A stretch of 64,000 nt of DNA from the NCBI GenBank assembly GCA_963778655.1, contig CAVZVA010000005.1, positions 704,001 through 768,000 of the forward strand. The letters run 5' to 3'. The notes below the pieces were generated by a model. That model searched no databases. It worked only from the letters and a program-made list of their open reading frames with translations, and had not been told where the DNA came from. Positions 57,191 through 64,000 of the stretch are shown piece by piece. The DNA comes from an uncultured delta proteobacterium (GTDB lineage Bacteria > Myxococcota_A > Polyangia > Polyangiales > JAFGIB01). A program made the translations under genes and the position numbers. Each line of letters starts with the position of its first letter. The stretch's first letter is position 1.

Positions 57191-58122
57191 CAAGCCACCA
57201 GGCCTCCGCGCAACAGGCGCAGCATGGCCTGGTCGGGCGGGATGCGCGTGTCGAGCGAGAACAGGCTGACGCGGTGCTGTACGCAGAACGCCTCGATCCG
57301 CGCCAGGTATGCGGCGTGCGCGCGGGCATAGCGCGCGAGCAGGCGCGGGGTGACGGTGACCTGGCGGCTGCCGCCGCTCTCGGCGTCGACCAGCTCGAGC
57401 TCGCCATGCAGCGGCGGCGTGGCCTCGGCCGCATCGACCAGGTGCAGCACGTGGGCCTCGAAACGCGCGTAGCGCAGCCGATTGATACCGGCCTCGAAGC
57501 CGGCCGGGTCGTACAGGTCGCTGACCAAGATCGCCACCCCACGGCGCTTGTTCTGGGCGACGAAGGCGCCGATCGCGTCGGTCAGGTTGGTGCCGCCGTC
57601 GGCTTTGAGCGGGCGCAGGAAGTCGAACACGGTGAAGATGCGGTTGCGCCCCCGGGTCGGCGCCAGGCGCGTGACCACCTGGTCGCGCAGCGCCGTGATC
57701 GAGACCCGGTCCAGGTGGTTGAGCGCGACGTAGGCGAGGGCGGCGCAGAGCTGCTTGCCGTAGTCGAGCTTGCGCGGGCTGCCGAAAGCCATCGAGCCCG
57801 AACAGTCGAGCAGCAGGTAGACGGAGAGGTCCTCCTCCTGCTCCTGCAGCCGCAGCATCAGGCGATCGATGCGGCCGTAGACGTTCCAGTCTACCTGGCG
57901 GTAGTCGTCGCCGGCGTAGTACTCGCGGTAGTCCGCGAACTCCACCCCGGCGCCGGCCTTGCGCGAGCGGCGCTCTGCGCGCGAGCGGCCGCTGAAGACG
58001 CGGCGCGAGACCAGCGCCAGGTACTCCAGCCGCTTCTGGAAGGCCTCGTCGAACAGCTCCACCTCGCCCGCCGCGGCCTGTGCGGGTGCTGAGCGGGCCG
58101 TGCTCTTGAACGGCCAGCGCAT
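57190..58122 (-). CDS. DUF58 (VWA-like) protein (MoxR system 2)
   Basis: GAGVEFADYREYYAGDDYRQVDWNVYGR, LLDCSGSM, ILVSDL. Confidence 0.92.
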   Translation of the reverse strand: MRWPFKSTARSAPAQAAAGEVELFDEAFQKRLEYLALVSRRVFSGRSRAERRSRKAGAGVEFADYREYYAGDDYRQVDWNVYGRIDRLMLRLQEQEEDLSVYLLLDCSGSMAFGSPRKLDYGKQLCAALAYVALNHLDRVSITALRDQVVTRLAPTRGRNRIFTVFDFLRPLKADGGTNLTDAIGAFVAQNKRRGVAILVSDLYDPAGFEAGINRLRYARFEAHVLHLVDAAEATPPLHGELELVDAESGGSRQVTVTPRLLARYARAHAAYLARIEAFCVQHRVSLFSLDTRIPPDQAMLRLLRGGLVA

Positions 58123-58123
58123 G

Positions 58124-59148
<1,025 letters not shown>

Positions 59149-59152
<4 letters not shown>

Positions 59153-61053
59153 GGGTTTTCCTCGCGAGGTCTGATCAGCTGGAAGTAGCGTCGCACGTAG
59201 AATCGATAGCCGCCCGGAATCTTGTCGCGCTCGAGCACGGCCTCGGCGTGGCGCTCGTAATCGGCGTGCACGCGCCGGTAGCTCTCCGACACGAAGCCGT
59301 GCTGGCCGGCCTCGCGGATCACCTCGCTGCGCGTCGGGCCTTCGCCCTCGACGCCCGCGACCCGCGTGTCCACGTGGCTCGAGTCCAGACGCGTGGGCGC
59401 ACCCTGCTCGGGGCGGCCGCCCCGGCCGGCCGCCGGCCCCGCGTTGCGTTGCGCCTCCTGCAGCAGCTGCGCGTCGCCGCCGCGCGCGCCCGGCACGATC
59501 AGCGTGGCGCCGGGCTCGCCCCCGCCTTGCCCCGGCATCAGCAGCTTGCCGTGCTGCTTGCCTTCCCCACCGGCTTTGGGCTGCTCGCCGCGCGCGTCGC
59601 GCGCAAAACGCTGCAGGCTGAGCGCGCCTTTGCCGCGCTGCCCGGGCCGCCCCGCGCCCGCCTGCTGCTGCTGGCGCTGCTTGCTGATCAGCTCGCGCAG
59701 CTCCTGCACCCGCTCGCGCAGCCTCCGCCGCTGCTCCGCGGAGCGCTGCGCGTGCTGGGCCTGTCCGAGCGACTGCGCGCCCTGTTGCAGGTGCCCGGCT
59801 GCGGCCTGCCTGCTGCCCGAACCGAGCGAGCCGCCGGCGGAGCCGAGCTCGCGCCGCAGCGCGTCGAGCTGGCGCTCGGCCTGCTCGCGCTGCTGCTGCT
59901 CGCGCCTGAGCCGATCCAGCTCGCGCTGCTTCTTCTGCAGCAGCCGCCGCTCCTGCTCGCTCTGGGGATTCGCCGCGTCGCGCTTCTTCTTGAGCAGCCG
60001 ATCGAGCTGCGCGCGCGCCCGCTGCAGCCGCTCGCTCTGGGCGTCGTGATCGCGCTGTGCCGCGCGCGCTAGCGCCCGTTCGAGCTTGCGCGCGGCCTCC
60101 GCCGAGGGCGCGTGCTGGTCGATCGCGTGGGCGAGCTTCTCGAGCTCGTTACGCGCCTGGGCCGCGTCGGCGTCGCGCAACGCGTCGGCCACCGACTGCG
60201 CCAGGCTGTCGCGGCCGAGCGTGCGCCCGAGTGCCTGCAACGCCTCGCGCAGCGCACGCTCGTCGCCGGCAGAGTCGGCGGCTTCCAGCCTGCGCTCGAG
60301 CCCGCGCAGCGCCGCCAGCGCGCGCGCTCGATCGAGCCGGCCGTCGCGCAGCGCCTCGAGCAGCGCGTTGAGCTCGCGCGCCGCCTCGCGGGTGCCGGGG
60401 TCCACCGCCTCGGCGTGCAGGATCGGCGCGATCTCCTGCCGGAACGCCTGCACGTCGTCCTCGTGCAGCAACCGCGGCCGCTGCGCCTGCAGCGTGCGCG
60501 GCGCTGCCGGAACGCGCACCTCCAGCGCCGACAGCGCGAGCACGCCCAGCCCGAGCACGAGCGCCGGCCGCAGCGCGCGCGGCTCGCGCAGCGGCAGCGC
60601 GCGCGCGGGGTCGGCCTGCGCGGCGCGCCCGTGTGCAGCCTGCAGACATGCGCGCATGAAGGGTGTGCGCGCAGCCGGCTCGACCACCGCAAAGGACCAG
60701 GCGCTGGCGATCGGATCCGGCGTGCCGAGCGCGCGGTCGAGCAGGCGCGCCGCGAGCAGCCGCGGCACCGGCCGCAGCGCGCCCAGCGCGAGCCCCAGCA
60801 CGGGTAGCGCCCAGGCCAGCGCGAAGCACACGCGCGCGTCCGCCTGCCAGCCGGTCTTCCGCAGGGCAACACCCAGCGCGGCGCTGGCCAACCCCGCGAT
60901 GCCCAGCGTGGCGCAGGTGCCGAGCGCTCGCTGCACGCGGATGCGCCGTTGCACCGCCCCCAGGGCCCGGGCCAGCGCCGCTTGCGGGGCGCCCTGCGGG
61001 GTCGCCCGCCCGGGGAGCGCGTCCCCGTTGGCGGCGCGCGGGGTGGCGGCCAT
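59149..61053 (-). CDS. Membrane-anchored coiled-coil protein heading MoxR system 2
   Basis: Three N-terminal TMs, long coiled coil, Gly-rich linker, C-tail KIPGGYRFYVRRYFQLIRP; ATGA overlap with moxR. Confidence 0.82.
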
Positions 61054-61122
61054 GCCGTTTCAGATCCCATGGATCGGCGTGCCGCGCAACGCAGCGCTCC
61101 GGCGGCACCGCGCGCCGCGCGG

Positions 61123-62349
61123 CTACGCAAACGGCGGCTCGGCGCGCCCGCGGCCGTTGTGCAGGGGCAGCGCGCGCAGGCGTGTCCCGCGCGCGAAGCG
61201 CTCGCGGTCGGCATCCAGCACCACCAGTGCGTCCACCCCGCACATCGACGGCAGCGAGCCCGAGCCTTGCCGCAGGTGCAGCTCGGCCAGCACGCGGCCG
61301 TCCGCGCCCGCGCGTAGCGTCGCGCGTGCAAGCTCGATACGACCTTGGCCGTGTCTGTGATCGTGGCCGAGCTCGACCTCGATCGGCTCCGGGTAGGGCA
61401 GGGCGTGGCCCAGCATGCGGCGCAAGCCCGGTTTGACGAACACCTCGAAGGTCACCATCGCGCTCACCGGATTGCCCGGCAGCCCGACCACCGGCACCCG
61501 GCCCGCGCGCGCGAACATCAGCGGCTTGCCGGGCTTGATCGCGACCTTCCACAGCGCGATCTGCAGCCCCGCGCGCTCGAGCGCACGCCCCACCAGGTCG
61601 TAGTCGCCGACCGACACCCCGCCCACGGACAGCACCACGTCCGCGCGCAGCGCTTGCTGCAGCTTGTCGGCGATGTCCTCCAGTCGGTCGGCTGCGGTCG
61701 GCAGCAGCCACGGCTCGGCGCCGGCCGCGAGCACCTGGGCTGCGAGCGCGTAGGCGTTGGAGTTGACGATCGTGCCCGGCTCGCCGGCCGCGCCAATCTC
61801 GCGCAGCTCGTCGCCGGTGCAGAGGATCGCCACGCGCGGCTTCTGGTACACGCTCACGCTGTGCCGGCCCTGCGCCGCGAGCAGACCGATCTCACCTGGT
61901 CCGAGCTGCTGGCCGCGCGCGAGCGCCCGGCTGCCGCGCGCCAGGTCGGAGCCGCGCCGGCGCAGGTTGGCACCGGCCTGCGGCAGCTGCAGCGCGCGCA
62001 CCCCGCCCGGCTCCACCGCCGCGTGCTCCTGGATCAGCACGCTGTCGCCGCCTGCAGGCATGGGCGCGCCGGTGAAGATGCGCAGCACGGCGCCCGGCTG
62101 CAGCGGCGGGGGCGGCGGGCCCCCGGCGCGCGCCTCGCCCTGCACCGGCAGCAGCGCGCCCTGCGCGAGCTCGGCGTGGCGCACGGCGTAACCGTCCATC
62201 GCGCTGTTGTCGAACGGGGGCAGGTCCACGTCCGCGGTCACGTCCTCGGCCAGCACGCGCCCGGCGGCCTGCAGCAGCGGCAGGCGCGCCACGCCGACCG
62301 GATCGAAGCAAGGGACGATCTCGCGCAGGGCCTCGCCGATGCTTCTCAT
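61123..62349 (-). CDS. moeA: Molybdopterin molybdotransferase MoeA
   Basis: GRVLAED, PPFDNSAMDGYAV, RIFTGAPMP, ILCTGDEL, NSN, GGVSVGDYD, IKPGKP, GLPGNPVSA, QGSG. Confidence 0.96.
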   Translation of the reverse strand: MRSIGEALREIVPCFDPVGVARLPLLQAAGRVLAEDVTADVDLPPFDNSAMDGYAVRHAELAQGALLPVQGEARAGGPPPPPLQPGAVLRIFTGAPMPAGGDSVLIQEHAAVEPGGVRALQLPQAGANLRRRGSDLARGSRALARGQQLGPGEIGLLAAQGRHSVSVYQKPRVAILCTGDELREIGAAGEPGTIVNSNAYALAAQVLAAGAEPWLLPTAADRLEDIADKLQQALRADVVLSVGGVSVGDYDLVGRALERAGLQIALWKVAIKPGKPLMFARAGRVPVVGLPGNPVSAMVTFEVFVKPGLRRMLGHALPYPEPIEVELGHDHRHGQGRIELARATLRAGADGRVLAELHLRQGSGSLPSMCGVDALVVLDADRERFARGTRLRALPLHNGRGRAEPPFA

Positions 62350-62363
62350 CAGCAGGATTGTGG

Positions 62364-64000
62364 TCAGTCGCGCGCGGCCTGTCGAGCGTCGAGCTTGGCG
62401 GCTTCCTTGCTCGGCACGTAGAGGATGATGTCCGAGTCGGGGTCGAGCGCGCGCGCGCCGTGCCAGCCGTTGATGCGCGCGATCGAGCCGACCGAGAGGT
62501 CGAAGCGGTCGGCCAGCGAGTCGAGCGTGTCGTTGGGCTGCACGTGGTAGTGGACGCGCACGCGGTCGCGTTGCGCCTCGTGGTAGGCGAAGAACGCGTC
62601 GCTGCCGACGACCAGTGGGCGCACCTGCTCGGGGGTCAGGTACACGGCGTGCTCGAGGTCGGCGCCCGGCGGGACGAACAGCTGCAGCACCATCCCGTAT
62701 TGCAGGTTGGCTTCGGTGGAGATGTTGTTCCACGCGCGTAGCTCGTCCAGGGTCACGTGGAAGAAGCCGGCGATCTGCGCCGGGCTGTCGCCCCCGCGCA
62801 CGCGATAGAAGATGTGCCGCCGGCCCGGGTACGAGAAGCTCTGCTCGGGCACGCCGACCACGGTCGGCTCATCGGCGGCCGGCTTGGCCTCGGGCTCGAC
62901 GTCGGGCACCAGCAGCCGCGTGCCCGGGCGCACCATGTCGTCGTCGCCCAGGTCATTGAGCGCGCGCAGCTTGCGCTCGGTCGTCCCGTACATCTCGGCG
63001 ACGTCGCGCATGCGCTCGCCGAACAGCAGCACGTGGAAGGCGTGGCTCGGCGGTCGCGGCTGCAGGGAGGCGTAGCGGCGCAGGAAGCGCTGGGCCTTGT
63101 CGCTGGGCAGGCGCAGGCCCCAGGTCTTGACGTCCGGCGGGACGCGCTTGCGACGCAGCTCGGGATTGAGCTCCTGCAGCGCGTCGAGCGACATCGAGGC
63201 GGCGCTGGCGAGCCGCGCCAGGCTGGTGCCGCCCGGCACCTGCACCGTGCGCAGGTCGAGCGGCGGCTCCTTCTGCACGTCGCCCAGCCCGAAGCGCTCG
63301 GGGTTGTGGGCCACCACGGCGCACGCCATCACCTTGGCCACGTAGGCGATGGTCTCGTACGGCATGCCGGCCTCCAGCCGCGAGAGCAGCCACAGGTCGT
63401 TGGTGTTGTACTTGCGTACCGAGCGCAGCAGCGCGCCGTAGCCCATGTTGAACGCTGCCAGGCTGAGCGGCCACGAGCCGAGCTTGTCGTGCAGGTCCTT
63501 GAGGTACTGCAAGGCGGCGTGGGTTGAGCGCTCAGGGCTCTTGCGCTCGTCCAGCCAGCGGTTCCGCTCCAGCCCGTACTCGCGCGCGGTGCTCGGCACC
63601 AGCTGCCACAGCCCGACCGCGCCCGCTGGCGAGGCCGCCTCCGGATCGAAGCCGCTCTCCACCATTGCCACGTAGAGCAGGTCTTGCGGCAGGCCCAAGC
63701 GCTTGAGCTCTCGCCGGATCAGCGGCTCGTAGCGGCCGGAGCGCTCCAGCCAGCCGCGCATGTGCGCGCGCCCGCGCGCATCGTCGCGGTAGTAGGTCAG
63801 CATCTGCAGCAGCTGCTCGTGCCAGCGCACCGGAATGTCGGGCAGCGCGATGCCCTGCAGCCATTCGACGTCGGGCGCGGGCTTCCGCGCGGGCGCTGGG
63901 GGAGGCGCGTCCGAGCTGAGCGCGGGTGGCGTTACCTCCAGCTGAAGCGGAGGCGCATCGCCCGAGTCCTGATCGTCTCCGGCTTGATCGCGCAGCAAGC
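62364..64000 (-). CDS. mltD: Lytic transglycosylase MltD-like with LysM domains (5' end outside window)
   Basis: SLT motifs YVAMVESGF, AVGLWQ, LAAFNMG, ETIAYV; several LysM-like repeats (YRVRGGDS...; YHVQPNDTLDSLADRF). Confidence 0.88.
   Translation of the reverse strand, partial: LLRDQAGDDQDSGDAPPLQLEVTPPALSSDAPPPAPARKPAPDVEWLQGIALPDIPVRWHEQLLQMLTYYRDDARGRAHMRGWLERSGRYEPLIRRELKRLGLPQDLLYVAMVESGFDPEAASPAGAVGLWQLVPSTAREYGLERNRWLDERKSPERSTHAALQYLKDLHDKLGSWPLSLAAFNMGYGALLRSVRKYNTNDLWLLSRLEAGMPYETIAYVAKVMACAVVAHNPERFGLGDVQKEPPLDLRTVQVPGGTSLARLASAASMSLDALQELNPELRRKRVPPDVKTWGLRLPSDKAQRFLRRYASLQPRPPSHAFHVLLFGERMRDVAEMYGTTERKLRALNDLGDDDMVRPGTRLLVPDVEPEAKPAADEPTVVGVPEQSFSYPGRRHIFYRVRGGDSPAQIAGFFHVTLDELRAWNNISTEANLQYGMVLQLFVPPGADLEHAVYLTPEQVRPLVVGSDAFFAYHEAQRDRVRVHYHVQPNDTLDSLADRFDLSVGSIARINGWHGARALDPDSDIILYVPSKEAAKLDARQAARD

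Overview
Very GC-rich (by eye roughly 70%+) chromosomal window with about 44 CDS. Gene content suggests a myxobacterium (Myxococcota, probably Polyangiales-like; inference from zinc-ribbon/GYF, AgmX/PglI-C, MshEN-PilB, TsaP-like LysM, FHA-GAF-cyclase proteins and DAG-rich lipoproteins). Housekeeping genes: sppA, deoC, trxA-rhodanese fusion, apbE, double-length uvrA, pyrC-carA, pilB, prmC, groES-groEL, dksA, moeA, mltD. No rRNA, tRNA, CRISPR, transposase or phage genes were seen. Most notable: (1) two paralogous, functionally uncharacterised MoxR AAA+/DUF58/VWA membrane systems, each with a long coiled-coil protein ending in a shared PxxY[KR]xxVxRY[YF] tail; one system appears split by a ~17 kb inversion. 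(2) A 4.2 x 109-bp non-coding hairpin tandem array with a diverged single relative 38 kb away, both starting right after a stop codon. (3) Two back-to-back MITE-like long hairpins whose ends overlap the stop codons of the flanking genes. (4) A helically phased GATC array beside an IHF-like site upstream of an unknown 87-aa gene. (5) Recurrent leaderless-type promoters. A TPR gene at 1..3334 (-) is missing from the ORF track because it runs off the window. Family names come from motif recognition by eye; no database search was run.
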